Source of the DNA: an uncultured Caldilinea sp.
Lineage (GTDB): Bacteria > Chloroflexota > Anaerolineae > Caldilineales > Caldilineaceae
DNA: 64,000 bases
NCBI GenBank assembly: GCA_937981885.1
Contig: CALJMI010000001.1
Span: 14,160-78,159, forward strand
Reading direction: 5' to 3'
The notes under the pieces are model-generated. The model saw only the letters and a program-made list of their open reading frames with translations, was not told the DNA's origin and did no database searches. The number at the start of each line of letters is the position of its first letter. Positions within the stretch are counted from its first letter, which is position 1. The translations under genes were made by a program, and so were the position numbers. Positions 17,686 to 33,959 of this stretch are shown in pieces.

Positions 17686-18316
17686 TGGCTGGCGTGATCA
17701 CGGCGTTGAAGGTGCAGAAAAATAATCCTGAGCGCGTGAGCGTCTTCATTGACAACGCGTTCGCTTTTGGCGTGACATTGGACGTGGCTACGCGCCTGCA
17801 TAAAGGGCAACAGTTGAACGACGCCGAGATCGCCGATCTGCGCACAAACGACGAAATTGACAAAGCATATCAGGCTGCGCTGCACTTTCTGGCTGCCCGC
17901 CCGCGCAGCCGCGCCGAAGTTGCACGACGATTGACCGAAAAGGGACATGCTGCCGAAGCTATCGACGCCGCGCTGGAGCGGCTGGAAGCGCGCAGCTACG
18001 TCGACGATGCTGCATTCGCCGCCTTCTGGGTGGAGAATCGTAGCCGCTTTCGCCCACGCAGCGCCGCCGCCATCGCCTACGAGCTGCGTCAGAAAGGCGT
18101 CGAAGGAGAAGCGATTCGCGCGGCATTGACCGAGATCGACGAAGAGCGGGCAGCCTGGGCGGCAATCGAAAGACAGTTGGATCGCTGGCGCGCGTTGACA
18201 AAAGCCGAGTTTGAGCAGAAAATCATTGTACATCTCGCCCGGCGTGGCTTTGGCTTTGAGATTGCGCGCAAGGTTGCCCAACACGCCTGGGAAGAGCAAC
18301 AGTCACCGGATGAACC

Positions 18317-18320
<4 letters not shown>
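17685..18320 (+). CDS. recX: RecA regulator RecX
   Basis: ITALKVQKNN.ERVSVFID, L..RPRSRAEV, YVDD.AFA..WV, ELRQKGV, LARRGF; TGATG coupling with the MFS gene. Confidence 0.92.
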
Positions 18321-19891
<1,571 letters not shown>

Positions 19892-19969
19892 ATAGGTCGC
19901 GAGATGAGTTCGAGAAGTGCAAAGACAGCGCTCGTCAGGCGTCGTCATCACATTGGCAGATGATAAGAT

Positions 19970-20953
19970 TTACACGTCTGCCGGGTAGCCGTGTGGATGC
20001 GAAACGTGCCAGGCCCACGCTGTCTCCAAAATCGTGCGCAGTTCGGGATATTTCGGTTCCCAGCCGAGTTCGCGGCGAATTTTTTCACTGCTGGCGACGA
20101 GCACAGCTGGGTCGCCAGGGCGCCGCGCCACTACCCGCGTAGGGATGGGGTGACCGGTTATGTCGCGCGCCATGTCGATGACCTCCTTGACGCTGAAGCC
20201 GCGCCCGTTGCCAAGATTGTAGGTGCGGCTGCCTGCGTCGAGCGCACGCAGCGCCAGAATGTGCGCCTGCGCCAAGTCGATGACGTGGATATAATCGCGC
20301 ACGCAAGTGCCATCGGGCGTTGGATAATCATCGCCAAAGATGGCGAAGTCCCCGCGCTGGCCCAACGCCACTTGCAAGACAAGCGGGATGATGTGCGTCT
20401 CTGGATCGTGGTGCTCGCCGCGCTCTTCGGATGCGCCGCATGCGTTGAAGTAGCGCAGACAGGCGTAACGCATTCCCTGCGTGCGATCAAGCCAGAAAAG
20501 TATCCGCTCCAGGATATTCTTCGATTCGCCGTAGGGGCTGCCTGGGATAATGCGCTCGTTCTCATCGATAGGCATCCGCTCTGGCTTATCAAAGAGATTG
20601 GCGGTCGAGGAAAGAATGAACTTTTTGACGCCGTGTTCCAGCGCGCTGCGCAGCAGATTCAACCCGTTGGTGACATTGTCGCCGATATACATGAACGGGT
20701 GCTGCATCGACTCGCCAACAAGCGTATAGGAGGCGAAGTGCATGATTGCATCCGGTTGATGCGTCGCCAACGTTGCATCAATTGCTGCACGGTCAACCAG
20801 GTCGCCCTGCACAAAAACCGCTTTGGGGTGCACCGCGGCGCGGTGACCTTGATAAAGATTATCAAAGACAACGACGTCATCGCCAGCTTTGATGAGCTGC
20901 TCAACGACGATGCTGCCAATATAACCGGCGCCCCCGGTGACTAAAACGTTCAT
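19970..20953 (-). CDS. galE: UDP-glucose 4-epimerase
   Basis: [32 protein letters not shown] and RRPGDP motifs. Confidence 0.97.
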   Translation of the reverse strand: MNVLVTGGAGYIGSIVVEQLIKAGDDVVVFDNLYQGHRAAVHPKAVFVQGDLVDRAAIDATLATHQPDAIMHFASYTLVGESMQHPFMYIGDNVTNGLNLLRSALEHGVKKFILSSTANLFDKPERMPIDENERIIPGSPYGESKNILERILFWLDRTQGMRYACLRYFNACGASEERGEHHDPETHIIPLVLQVALGQRGDFAIFGDDYPTPDGTCVRDYIHVIDLAQAHILALRALDAGSRTYNLGNGRGFSVKEVIDMARDITGHPIPTRVVARRPGDPAVLVASSEKIRRELGWEPKYPELRTILETAWAWHVSHPHGYPADV

Positions 20954-21180
20954 GGTTTCTTCCTCTGTCTTTCTTCCGATTGTGCGCAAATTAAGTCTGG
21001 ATTCGATCCGCAATTGGATGATCCATGGATGCTCTAATCGACAATCTTTGACTGCTTTCGATTGTATCAGAAGCAAGCAATTTGTGCATTTCATTATGCT
21101 GACAAAGGCGCGTCGCAGGCGCCCGAATCACAGAGGGTGCGCCAGCAATTCTCTGCTTAAAATTCACCTGTATATTGGCT

Positions 21181-21282
21181 TTGACATTAGTTATGCGATG
21201 CATATATGATTTGAAGTGGCAATTGTAACTGACGAGTGAAAAAGCCGCCGATTATGAACTGTCAGTTCCAAAATTACAATTG
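21181..21282 (+). promoter_or_regulatory. Promoter and inverted repeats upstream of the sugar ABC operon
   Basis: TTGACA-18-TATGAT; CAATTGTAA/TTACAATTG (21220/21274); palindrome GAACTG-T-CAGTTC (21256-21268). Confidence 0.55.
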
Positions 21283-21402
21283 ACCAACTGTGTTTTGCGA
21301 TGAAGCATGGGACATCTCCTTTCGAGTGTCTCCACGTTTCTTTTGTTGTGCAAGTATTGTTTGTTGTTCAACCATCTTTATTTTGTTTTCTGGAGGATAC
21401 GT

Positions 21403-22548
21403 ATGTACAAGAAAACGCGCCATGTACTCTCGTTGATGGTCGTCCTGGCTGTGATAGCTGGCCTGATGATGGCGTGTACTGCGCCAACGGCTGCGCCGGC
21501 TGGCGGTGGGCAGGCTGCTGCACCAGCAAGTGAAAAAATCAAGGTAGGACTCTCTTTCTCCGACTTCGCTACCGAGCGATGGAAAAACGAAGAGATCATT
21601 CTGCGCGGCTTGCTGGAGGAAAGAGGTTATGAGGTTCTCAGCCAGGAAGCCAACCAGGATGTCAAACTGCAGAACGATCAGATCGACAACATGGTTAGCC
21701 AGGGCGCAAAGGCGTTAATCATCGTGGCGCAGGATGGCGATGCTGCCGTTACTGCCGTAGATCGGGCAGCAGACGCTGGTGTGGTTGTCGTAGCATACGA
21801 TCGACTGATCAAAACGCCCAAAATTTCTGGCTACATTTCCTTCAACAACGTCGAAGTCGGTCGCCAGCAGGCGGATGGCGTTATGAAAGCGCTTGACATT
21901 GCTAATTGGGATGTAGCAGCTAACGGTCCGGCGCGCGTTGTCAAATTGGGTGGCAGCCCGACCGACAACAATGCTATCCTCTTCCGTCAGGGTCAGGACG
22001 AGATCATTAATCCACTGGTTGAGGAAGGCAAGGTCGAGATTGTGGCTGATCAGTGGGTGGAAAACTGGGATCCAGCCAATGCGTTGAAGCTGATGGAAAA
22101 TATCCTGACCAGCGTTAACAACGATATCGACGCTGTCGTCGCGTCGAACGACGGCACAGCGCTTGGTGCGTTGCAGGCGCTCAATGCTCAGGGGTTGGCT
22201 GGTGTGGTGCCGATCTCCGGTCAAGACGCCACTGCTGACGGTTGCAACAGCATCGTTAAGGGGCAACTGACCGTGTCGATCCTCAAGGATATTCGCAACC
22301 TGGCTCCGATTGCCGTCGACATGGTCGATGCCCTGCTTAAGGGAAAGGCTGTAGAAGGTTTGCAGGAGTATACGCTGGCTGAATTGACCCTCGACGAATC
22401 TCTGGCAGGTAGTGTCCAGGCGTTGTTCTTGCCCGTCGAGCAGGTTAACGCTGACAACGTCTTCGATCTGTGCGTTGCTAACGGCTTCCAGTCGTACGAC
22501 GATGTCTTCCGCGACATTCCCGAAGATCAACGCCCTGCGCGACCCTAG
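21403..22548 (+). CDS. xylF: Sugar (xylose-type) ABC transporter substrate-binding lipoprotein
   Basis: Lipobox MMAC; ERW, AYDRLI, SFNN.EVG, GSPTDNNA, ASND, SGQDA motifs of the XylF/ChvE group; GGAGG SD. Substrate inferred. Confidence 0.85.
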   Translation: MYKKTRHVLSLMVVLAVIAGLMMACTAPTAAPAGGGQAAAPASEKIKVGLSFSDFATERWKNEEIILRGLLEERGYEVLSQEANQDVKLQNDQIDNMVSQGAKALIIVAQDGDAAVTAVDRAADAGVVVVAYDRLIKTPKISGYISFNNVEVGRQQADGVMKALDIANWDVAANGPARVVKLGGSPTDNNAILFRQGQDEIINPLVEEGKVEIVADQWVENWDPANALKLMENILTSVNNDIDAVVASNDGTALGALQALNAQGLAGVVPISGQDATADGCNSIVKGQLTVSILKDIRNLAPIAVDMVDALLKGKAVEGLQEYTLAELTLDESLAGSVQALFLPVEQVNADNVFDLCVANGFQSYDDVFRDIPEDQRPARP

Positions 22549-22564
22549 TTGCGTTTGAATGAGC

Positions 22565-22609
22565 AGATAAGTCCGGCGTCTCACATCCTGAGCAACGCCG
22601 GACTTATCT
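22565..22609 (+). other. Intercistronic stem-loop after the binding-protein gene
   Basis: AGATAAGTCCGGCGT / ACGCCGGACTTATCT, 15-bp perfect inverted repeat. Confidence 0.8.
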
Positions 22610-22688
22610 TATAAGACTTCAACTCCGGGTGTACATCCTCCGGAGCGCTTCCTTGCAGGCATGCCTGCCTGATCTACAGGAGCAAGCA

Positions 22689-24233
22689 GTGAGTGAAGAC
22701 ATTATCCTTGACATCCGCAATGTAACCAAGAAGTTTCCGGGCGTCACTGCTCTGGACAATGTGTCAATCCAGATTCGCCGTGGCGAAATTCATGGACTGT
22801 GCGGCGAAAATGGTGCAGGTAAATCGACCTTGATGAAGATATTGTCGGGCGTTTACCCGCACGGCGAATACGATGGCACAATCATTTATGATGGCAAAGA
22901 ACTGAAACTCGGTGTTGGCTCGATACGCCAGGCTCGCGACGAGGGGATCGCTATCGTCTACCAGGAGTTGACCCTGGTCCCGAACATGACAGTGGGCGAA
23001 AATGTATTTCTCGGCAAAGAACCGCTCGAGAATGGCGCCATCAACTGGAGTAAGCTATACGCCGACACGCGCGACATTCTGGCAAAATATCGTCTGGATG
23101 TATCGCCACAAGCTGTAGTGAAATATCTGGGCGTCGGCAAAATGCAGATGGTGGAGATCGCCAAGGCGCTTTCAGAAGACGCCAAGATTCTGATTCTCGA
23201 CGAGCCAACCAGCGCCCTGACGGAGAGCGAGATCGACAAATTAATGGCGATCCTGGAGAATCTCCGCGGCCATGGCGTCACATGCATCTACATCACACAT
23301 AAGTTGGAAGAGTTCTTCCGCATCACAGATTCAGTCACGGTTTTGCGCGACGGTAAGACGGTGACAACCCAGCCAACCAGCCAGCTAACTCTGGAGAAGC
23401 TTGTCAACTATATGGTGGGCCGCGAGATGAGGGAACGCTTTCCTCGCGGCAATCGCCATCCAGGCGAGGTCATCTTTGAAGTAAACGACTTGCATGCGGT
23501 CGATCCAAACGAAACCAGCCACAAAGTGCTCAACGGCGTCAGCTTCAACCTGCGTCGTGGCGAGATTCTCGGAATAGCTGGTTTGATGGGGTCTGGACGC
23601 ACTGAATTGGTCACAACAATCTTTGGTGAGTACGGCAAGATTACGAGCGGCAGTATACGGTTGGAAGGGCGGCAACTGAACATTCATAACGCGCGTGACG
23701 CTATGCGCTATGGCATCAGCTTGGTTCCGGAAGATCGCAAGGGTCAAGGGCTGGTGTTGATACAATCGATTCTCAAAAACATCTCTTTGGCAAACCTCGA
23801 TCAGTTTTCGGGTTTCATGCGCATTGACGCCGATGCTGAACTAGTTGCGGCCACCCAACAAGCCAGGAGCCTGGCAGTGAAGGCGCCTAATCTACAGGCG
23901 CGCGTCGATTCGCTTTCGGGCGGCAACCAACAAAAAGTCGTCATTGCCAAATGGCTGTTGTCCGACCCAAAGATTCTGATTATGGACGACCCCACACGCG
24001 GCATTGATGTGGGCGCAAAATACGAGATTTACAAACTGATGAATGAGTTGGCTGAACGTGGCGTGTCGATCATCATGATATCGAGCGAATTGGAAGAAGT
24101 GCTTGGCATGAGTGACCGCATCATGGTGATGCATGAAGGGCGCTCGACGCGTACATTAAACATTGCTGAAGCTACACAGGAACACATCATGGCGTTGGCC
24201 ACCGGCATTGCCGACGAGCTTACACCCATCTGA
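22689..24233 (+). CDS. xylG: Sugar ABC transporter ATP-binding protein (CUT2, two ABC domains)
   Basis: GENGAGKSTL, LDEPT, LSGGNQQK, RGIDVGAK; GTG start with CAGGAG SD. Confidence 0.9.
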   Translation: MSEDIILDIRNVTKKFPGVTALDNVSIQIRRGEIHGLCGENGAGKSTLMKILSGVYPHGEYDGTIIYDGKELKLGVGSIRQARDEGIAIVYQELTLVPNMTVGENVFLGKEPLENGAINWSKLYADTRDILAKYRLDVSPQAVVKYLGVGKMQMVEIAKALSEDAKILILDEPTSALTESEIDKLMAILENLRGHGVTCIYITHKLEEFFRITDSVTVLRDGKTVTTQPTSQLTLEKLVNYMVGREMRERFPRGNRHPGEVIFEVNDLHAVDPNETSHKVLNGVSFNLRRGEILGIAGLMGSGRTELVTTIFGEYGKITSGSIRLEGRQLNIHNARDAMRYGISLVPEDRKGQGLVLIQSILKNISLANLDQFSGFMRIDADAELVAATQQARSLAVKAPNLQARVDSLSGGNQQKVVIAKWLLSDPKILIMDDPTRGIDVGAKYEIYKLMNELAERGVSIIMISSELEEVLGMSDRIMVMHEGRSTRTLNIAEATQEHIMALATGIADELTPI

Positions 24234-24257
24234 ATCGAAAACCGAGGAGTCAATTCT

Positions 24258-25469
24258 ATGGCTGTATCTACAAATGTCAACAGCCCCAAAACGGATATTG
24301 GGCTGGCTGCTGAGTTGGGTAGACGTTTTCGCAGCAATATCCAGACCTATACAATTATTCTGGCGCTGGTGGCGATCTGGATCCTGTTTGCAATGTTGAC
24401 CAATGGGGCGTTTTTCTCGGCGCAGAATGTGTCGAATCTCTTCCGCCAGATGACCGTCACTTCATTTCTGGCAATCGGTATGGTCTTCGTGATCGTCACC
24501 GGCAATATCGATCTGTCAGTGGGAAAGCTGGCTGGGTTCGTCTCGGTGGTGGCGGCGTATTTCCAGGCGAACGTCTGGTATCAACTCATTCCTAATATGC
24601 CACTTGTGGCGGCAATGCTCTCCGTTATTATCGGTGTTGGCGTTGGGATTATTTGGGGCGTTTTGCAAGGCTATATTATTGCCTATCTGAACGTTCCAGC
24701 CTTTATTGTAACCCTGGGCAGCATGTTCGTGCTCAATGGTGCGATTCTCCTCGTTACCCAGGGCAGAACAATTCCGGCAAATCAGCCTTACTTCTCGGAA
24801 ATTGCACAAGGCTACTTACCGCCGACAGCCGGCTGGACTATTGCTGCTGTAGTCGTTGTCTTTCTTTTTTGGAATATGGCGCGCAGTCGCCAAAGCAAGC
24901 GTCGTCATGGCTTTCAACTGCCAAACATAGCTCTCGACATTGTGACAACCATCTTTTACGCTGTGTTGGTGATTGGGTACGTTTACTGGGTGAACCAATA
25001 TCGTGGCATTCAAACGCCGGTGCTGCTGTTGGCAATCACAGCAGCGATCATGGCGTACGTGTCAAACAACACACGCTTTGGTCGCTATGCCTATGCAATT
25101 GGCGGCAATCGCGAAGCTGCGCGCCTGTCAGGCATCAATATCCGGCGTAGCATTTTCCTGATCTTCATTTTGATGGGTTTGCTCTCCGGCATTGCTGGTA
25201 TTGTTCTCGCATCTTATGTCGGTTATGGTACGACGGCTGCAGGTCAAGGTTACGAACTTGATGCGATTGCCAGCGCGATTCTTGGCGGCACCTCCACTCT
25301 GGGTGGCGTCGGCACGGTCTTCGGCGCGCTGATCGGCTCACTGATCATGGCAAGCCTGACCACCGGCTTGCAGATGCTCAATGTTGCACCAGCCTGGCAG
25401 TATGTGGTGAAGGGTGGCGTGCTCGTTCTCGCTGTCTTCGCTGACGTCTATTTCAAACGGAACCGGTAG
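24258..25469 (+). CDS. xylH: Sugar ABC transporter permease
   Basis: [36 protein letters not shown] motifs. Confidence 0.9.
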   Translation: MAVSTNVNSPKTDIGLAAELGRRFRSNIQTYTIILALVAIWILFAMLTNGAFFSAQNVSNLFRQMTVTSFLAIGMVFVIVTGNIDLSVGKLAGFVSVVAAYFQANVWYQLIPNMPLVAAMLSVIIGVGVGIIWGVLQGYIIAYLNVPAFIVTLGSMFVLNGAILLVTQGRTIPANQPYFSEIAQGYLPPTAGWTIAAVVVVFLFWNMARSRQSKRRHGFQLPNIALDIVTTIFYAVLVIGYVYWVNQYRGIQTPVLLLAITAAIMAYVSNNTRFGRYAYAIGGNREAARLSGINIRRSIFLIFILMGLLSGIAGIVLASYVGYGTTAAGQGYELDAIASAILGGTSTLGGVGTVFGALIGSLIMASLTTGLQMLNVAPAWQYVVKGGVLVLAVFADVYFKRNR

Positions 25470-26466
25470 GAACAGGCGCGGGGCGACCGGTCGTCACCGA
25501 TGTCATCAATGAGCATCCCCTGTTGGCGAACAGGTCGGCTGGCGCCCCTTGCGGCGCCAGTATGCGCAGAAAGCCCGGCTCCAGTGTGATTTCGATCGGT
25601 GTGAAGCGATTCAATTCGCCGTCCAAATGAAATGGCTGCGCCGTCGAGGTCTCAATCAAGACATGGCTGCCGGAGCGTTTGATGATGTGCTCGCGAGCGC
25701 CGTGACGCCCGGCCATGATTGAAAGACTATGCGCCATCATTTGCGGCGAATAGCGCCCACAGAGCATCCACACGTCAAACTTGCCATCGTCGAGCACACT
25801 CTCTGGACTGAGATTGAACAACCCGCCCGCGTATAGCCGTGAATTGCTGACCACCACCGCCAACATCTCTTCTTCCACAATTTCATCATCGACGCTAACA
25901 CGCATCTTTTCTCCCCGGTGGAGAAGAAAAGGCAGCGTTGCCTTTGCGATGTAGCCAGCCATGCCAAACCGTTTGAGCAGCCGCGAGCGCGGCTCGACCC
26001 CTTCAACGATGCGGCTATCGACGCCCACTGCCGCCCACAAAATGAACGAACCGCCGTTGTTGCACTCCCCAACGTCCACTGCCTGCACGCTGCCAGCCAT
26101 CAGCCGCTCCGATGCTTCGAGCAGCCAGTAGGGGTTAGCGCCGTTCGGTGCAGGCAAGCCGAGATCGCGTGCAAAACAGTTGGTTGTGCCCGCCGGCAAT
26201 ACTGCCAGCACCGTCTGCGAACCGAGTAGCCCGTTGGCGACTTCGTGGAGCGTGCCGTCGCCGCCCGCAGCCAACACCAGTTGGTGACCAGCCCGCGCCG
26301 CCTCCACCGCCATCGCTGTGGCATGCCTGGGGTGATCGGTTTGACGCAGCGTTACATCCCAGCCACGTGCACGCCAAAACGCAGCGGTTGCATTGATGTT
26401 CTGCTGCCAGTCGTCGAATCCGGCGTGCGGATTGTAGATCAGCGTTGCCTGCAAAGTTGCGGACAT
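25453..26466 (-). CDS. Diacylglycerol/lipid kinase family protein (YegS/BmrU)
   Basis: YNPHAG, AGGDGT, LPAGTTN, YAGG, DDG and HLDGE motifs. Confidence 0.93.
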   Translation of the reverse strand: MSATLQATLIYNPHAGFDDWQQNINATAAFWRARGWDVTLRQTDHPRHATAMAVEAARAGHQLVLAAGGDGTLHEVANGLLGSQTVLAVLPAGTTNCFARDLGLPAPNGANPYWLLEASERLMAGSVQAVDVGECNNGGSFILWAAVGVDSRIVEGVEPRSRLLKRFGMAGYIAKATLPFLLHRGEKMRVSVDDEIVEEEMLAVVVSNSRLYAGGLFNLSPESVLDDGKFDVWMLCGRYSPQMMAHSLSIMAGRHGAREHIIKRSGSHVLIETSTAQPFHLDGELNRFTPIEITLEPGFLRILAPQGAPADLFANRGCSLMTSVTTGRPAPVPTGSV

Positions 26467-26725
26467 AGTGTGCTTGCCTGCTGTCATAAACTTACTGATT
26501 GCAGGCAACAGTAGCACTTTGTCGCGCAAGATGCACGTATAGCAGATTCCTGTGCATCGCAAACTCGCACATCAGACAATGCTGGGACAGTTGTCCCATC
26601 TGAACATGGGATAAGTGTCACTAGGACACCTAGCCAGAAATTGATATACTGAACGCAGAAATCCGCCAACTGAAATTTGATGTGTTGACGGAACAAACAA
26701 ATCCAGAATAAAGGACAGAGAACAC

Positions 26726-28597
<1,872 letters not shown>

Positions 28598-28653
28598 GCA
28601 CAGTTGAAGTCATCTGGGTCGTCGCCCAGACACGTTGCTGAACAAAAAAATCG

Positions 28654-28690
28654 AATGGATGCGCATGATCGATCATGCGCATCCGTTTTT
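28654..28690 (+). terminator. Palindromic terminator-like hairpin after pckG
   Basis: GGATGCGCATGATCGATCATGCGCATCC perfect 28-bp palindrome (28657-28684) followed by GTTTTT. Confidence 0.75.
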
Positions 28691-28842
28691 GCATAGATAC
28701 CAGGGAATACGCCCTCACCCATCGTCGATATGACACAATAGAAGGCTTTCCGACGGCTGCCAGTCCTGGATATGCTACAATTTATTTGCTCAGTGCAAGG
28801 AGCCAGTCAATCAAACCCGCCAGTTTGTGAGGATCGATCCAA

Positions 28843-30204
28843 ATGTTAGCCGAAGTTGCGCCCGCCCCTTCTCGAACCTACAACGCCCATTTTCGCTGTT
28901 TTCGCGGCTGTCCAGGGGAATACTCCGTCTACGATGTCATGTACACCTGCCCATCCTGTGGCGGTCTGCTTGAAGTGCACCACGACGTCGAAGCGCTACG
29001 CGATCGCACTGCCGACGAATGGAAGACATTGCTTGAACGTCGCGCCGGCACGTCGGTCTTTCCCTACGGCAGCGGAGTGTGGGGGATGCGCGAGTGGGTG
29101 ATGCCCGATCTGCGCGATGAAAATGTCGTCAGCATGTATGAGGGCAACACCAATCTCTTCTGGGCCGAGCGGCTGGGCCGTGAAATCGGCGTGCCCGATC
29201 TTTGGGTGAAGCTTTGCGGCAACAGCCACACCGGCAGTTTCAAGGACCTGGGCATGACTGTGCTGGTCAGCGTCGTCAAGCAGATGATGGCGAGCGGCGC
29301 AAGTCCGGTCAAGGCGGTTGCGGCTGCAAGCACAGGCGACACTTCGGCTGCGCTTGCAGCCTACGCCGCCGCTGCTGGAATTCCGTCGATCATCTTTCTG
29401 CCTTCGGGCAAGGTGAGCACGGCGCAGCTAATCCAGCCGGTCGCCAATGGCGCACATGTGTTGGCGCTCGACACAGATTTCGATGGCTGTATGCGCATCG
29501 TCAAGGAAGTGACGCAGGATAACAGCATCTATCTTGCCAACTCGATGAATAGCGTGCGCATTGAGGGTCAGAAAACCGTCGGCATCGAGATCGTGCGTCA
29601 GTTTGACTGGGAAGTCCCGGATTGGATTATTATTCCGGTCGGCAATCTCGGCAATATCAGCGCGCTCTACAAAGGCATGAAGTTGATGCAAGACCTCGGC
29701 ATCATTGCCAAACTGCCGAGGCTGGTGGCGGCGCAGGCAAACAAAGCCAATCCATTCTACCTCAGCTATCTCAGCAGATTTCGCGAGAAGGTCGCCATCC
29801 ACGCCGACAAGACGCTTGCCTCCGCCATCCAAATCGGCGATCCGGTGAGCTATGAAAAGGCAGTGCAGGCGGTCGTCGAAACCAACGGTCTGGTCGAAGC
29901 CGTCACCGAGCATGAGCTGGCGAACGCCGCCGCGCGTGCGGACCTCACCGGCATGTACACCTGCCCGCACACAGGCGTGGCGCTGGCTGCGCTCTTCAAG
30001 CTGATCGCACGCGGCCAGATCAAATCAAGCGACCGCGTCGTCGTTATCTCAACTGCACATGGGCTGAAGTTCACCAGCTTCAAAGTCGGCTATCACGAAG
30101 GGAAACTAGACGAGGTCGAAAGCGAACTGGCAAACCCGCCAGTCTATCTGCCAGCCGATGTCAAGGTGGTGAAAGAGGCAATTGCGCGCAAACTACAACT
30201 CTGA
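28843..30204 (+). CDS. thrC: Threonine synthase
   Basis: [14 protein letters not shown] (PLP Lys), [30 protein letters not shown]; plant/cyanobacterial-like class. Confidence 0.95.
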   Translation: MLAEVAPAPSRTYNAHFRCFRGCPGEYSVYDVMYTCPSCGGLLEVHHDVEALRDRTADEWKTLLERRAGTSVFPYGSGVWGMREWVMPDLRDENVVSMYEGNTNLFWAERLGREIGVPDLWVKLCGNSHTGSFKDLGMTVLVSVVKQMMASGASPVKAVAAASTGDTSAALAAYAAAAGIPSIIFLPSGKVSTAQLIQPVANGAHVLALDTDFDGCMRIVKEVTQDNSIYLANSMNSVRIEGQKTVGIEIVRQFDWEVPDWIIIPVGNLGNISALYKGMKLMQDLGIIAKLPRLVAAQANKANPFYLSYLSRFREKVAIHADKTLASAIQIGDPVSYEKAVQAVVETNGLVEAVTEHELANAAARADLTGMYTCPHTGVALAALFKLIARGQIKSSDRVVVISTAHGLKFTSFKVGYHEGKLDEVESELANPPVYLPADVKVVKEAIARKLQL

Positions 30205-30297
30205 ACAGGTTGCTTTATTTCCACGAAACTTCCGCAGTCATCTTTCAAGAAAGCCAAGGGGGGTATCTTCTCAATAATCCGAGGTGGAGCCAACTAA

Positions 30298-30321
30298 AGG
30301 GGCGCGATATATCGTGCCCCT
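30298..30321. repeat. REP-like palindrome
   Basis: AGGGGCGCGATATATCGTGCCCCT between convergent genes; same AGGGGC...GCCCCT frame as 33892. Confidence 0.6.
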
Positions 30322-30396
30322 GTCCCGGAATATTGAGAAGATATGCTAAGGGTTTCCCTAAAAGACGACTGCGCTCCTTTAGTTCAGGAAACGGCC

Positions 30397-32019
<1,623 letters not shown>

Positions 32020-32035
32020 TCCCTGCCCTGTTTGA

Positions 32036-33772
32036 TTAGCGTCCCATCATTGCCTTCAGCGCATCGAACGCCGGTCGCCCGACGACAGCGAATGCGCCCA
32101 TTTCCGTGTCGCGCGGATAGTTCAGATTCCACAGCATCGGCACGGCCACATAGCCAGAATCCGCCATGATCCTGAACGACTCGACGATCCAACGCGCCTG
32201 GGTTGCTTCGTCGATGCGCGCCTTATATTCGTAGCCTGGGAAGGGCGACGGCGTCGATCCCCAGCCAAATTCCGTCGGCCAAAGCCGCTTATTAGCATCG
32301 CCAAATTCCTGCATCACCTTGCGCGACTCGCGCAGCGTGCTTAGGAAGTAGAAGCTACGATGATTCACGTGCGAAAGTGCATCGTAATTGCCGGACGTCC
32401 AGTCTTCAAAGGTCACCCACGGCGGGTTGGCAAAGCCGCTGGGATGGATGCCGATGCCATCGCTGTAATTCTTTAAGCCATTCTGGTACATGCCGCGCAG
32501 ATAGTCGATATCATCGAAGGCGACGTCGCTGTAGCCAGCCGGCGTCGTGGCGCCGCTGATCACGAGCATCGACGGGCAGACCGCTTTGATCGAATTGTAG
32601 GTGCGCTTGAGCAAGTCCATATAGCTCGCAGGTTCGAGCGGAAAACCTTCCCACTCGCGGCGCAAATTCTGCTCGTTCCACACCTCCACTGCCTGCAGGC
32701 GCCCACAGTAACGGCCAGCAATGGCGCCCATAAAGTTGGCGAACAGCTGGAAATCCTCCGGTGGGCCGCCGGTGCCGCCGAGGTTTGGCCGCGTCCATGC
32801 AGGCGCAGTCACAACGCTGAACATCAGGTTGATGCCGTTGTCGTACATTGTGTTGACAATCGAATCCATCTCCTGCCACTGCACTGCGCCTGGCTCCGGC
32901 TCGGCGAACTCCCAGCGCACCTGTTGTTTCGCCCAGCCAAACCCAAGCTGTTTGAGCAGGTCGGCGACGCCCTGCTTGTCGCCCTGCCACATGTTGACGC
33001 TCATGCCGTAGCCAAAGCCGGTCGAGGTGTTGGGCGCAGCGACCGGCGCCACCGCAGACGCCGCATTGGAAGCTGCCGACGACACGGCTGGCGCACTTGT
33101 CACCGGAGGCGCTGGAATGTCGGCTTCAGCCAGTTGCGGCACATTGTCCAGGCTACCGCTCAATGTCGTGAGATCAGCAAAAATCCATGCAGGCTCTTGA
33201 CGATTTGACACACGAATCTGATACCAGTCGCGCGCCGGATTCAAGCCGATAATTTCATAGCGCGAGCCAGCCGGCGCCGACGCCACCACCGGGTAATTGG
33301 TGCCAGGCCCGCTGCGTACATTCATGCGCGCTGGCGTGGTTGTCGCCACCGCCGCGCCTTCAGGAAAACTCTGTGCTGGCGAAGCAGCACTCTGGGTCGT
33401 GGCGGGCTGCACCGCATTGATGGCAGTAACAGGAATGGTTGCAGCCGTTGTGGTGGAGAGATAGATCGCCGATAGCCAGCCGCTGAGACCGTCGCTTGTC
33501 GTCACCTGATACCAACGCCCGTCGTCGCTAATCGAACGAATCTGCACCACGGCGCCCTGGTTGAGCCGCCCAACAATTTGCGCGGAAATGCTCGGCGCCG
33601 CACGCACGTTCAGCCGCGCCACGTTGACCTGGCCGCTCGTTGGCGTGGATGTGGAAGTCTGTGCATGCGCTGCCTGTGCAGAAACAGCGAGCAACGACGC
33701 CAAAATCAATGCACTGCACAAAATCGTTGCAATACGGCGAAATGGAAGACGCGGGTTGAGCGATCGATTCAT
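32036..33772 (-). CDS. Secreted protein: two SH3b domains + clan GH-A glycoside hydrolase
   Basis: Signal peptide ending AHA-Q; LNVRAAP and MNVRSGPG; VWNEQN and PTEFGW. Confidence 0.85.
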   Translation of the reverse strand: MNRSLNPRLPFRRIATILCSALILASLLAVSAQAAHAQTSTSTPTSGQVNVARLNVRAAPSISAQIVGRLNQGAVVQIRSISDDGRWYQVTTSDGLSGWLSAIYLSTTTAATIPVTAINAVQPATTQSAASPAQSFPEGAAVATTTPARMNVRSGPGTNYPVVASAPAGSRYEIIGLNPARDWYQIRVSNRQEPAWIFADLTTLSGSLDNVPQLAEADIPAPPVTSAPAVSSAASNAASAVAPVAAPNTSTGFGYGMSVNMWQGDKQGVADLLKQLGFGWAKQQVRWEFAEPEPGAVQWQEMDSIVNTMYDNGINLMFSVVTAPAWTRPNLGGTGGPPEDFQLFANFMGAIAGRYCGRLQAVEVWNEQNLRREWEGFPLEPASYMDLLKRTYNSIKAVCPSMLVISGATTPAGYSDVAFDDIDYLRGMYQNGLKNYSDGIGIHPSGFANPPWVTFEDWTSGNYDALSHVNHRSFYFLSTLRESRKVMQEFGDANKRLWPTEFGWGSTPSPFPGYEYKARIDEATQARWIVESFRIMADSGYVAVPMLWNLNYPRDTEMGAFAVVGRPAFDALKAMMGR

Positions 33773-33891
33773 GCTTTGACCTCTTCAAACGCTTGTTGCA
33801 ATTGTCCAAATTATGGAAAGCAGCTCTCGTACACGCTGTCAAGGGAGGAGCATCCAGTCTTTTGTTAGTAGACACGTGTTAGTAGACATGG

Positions 33892-33917
33892 CAGGGGCGA
33901 CGCATGCGTCGCCCCTG
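33892..33917. repeat. REP-like perfect palindrome
   Basis: CAGGGGCGACGCATGCGTCGCCCCTG, preceded by a TGTTAGTAGACA direct repeat. Confidence 0.7.
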
Positions 33918-33959
33918 AACTATTCACTTGAATATACCGCTGGATGCTCGCTCATCCAG

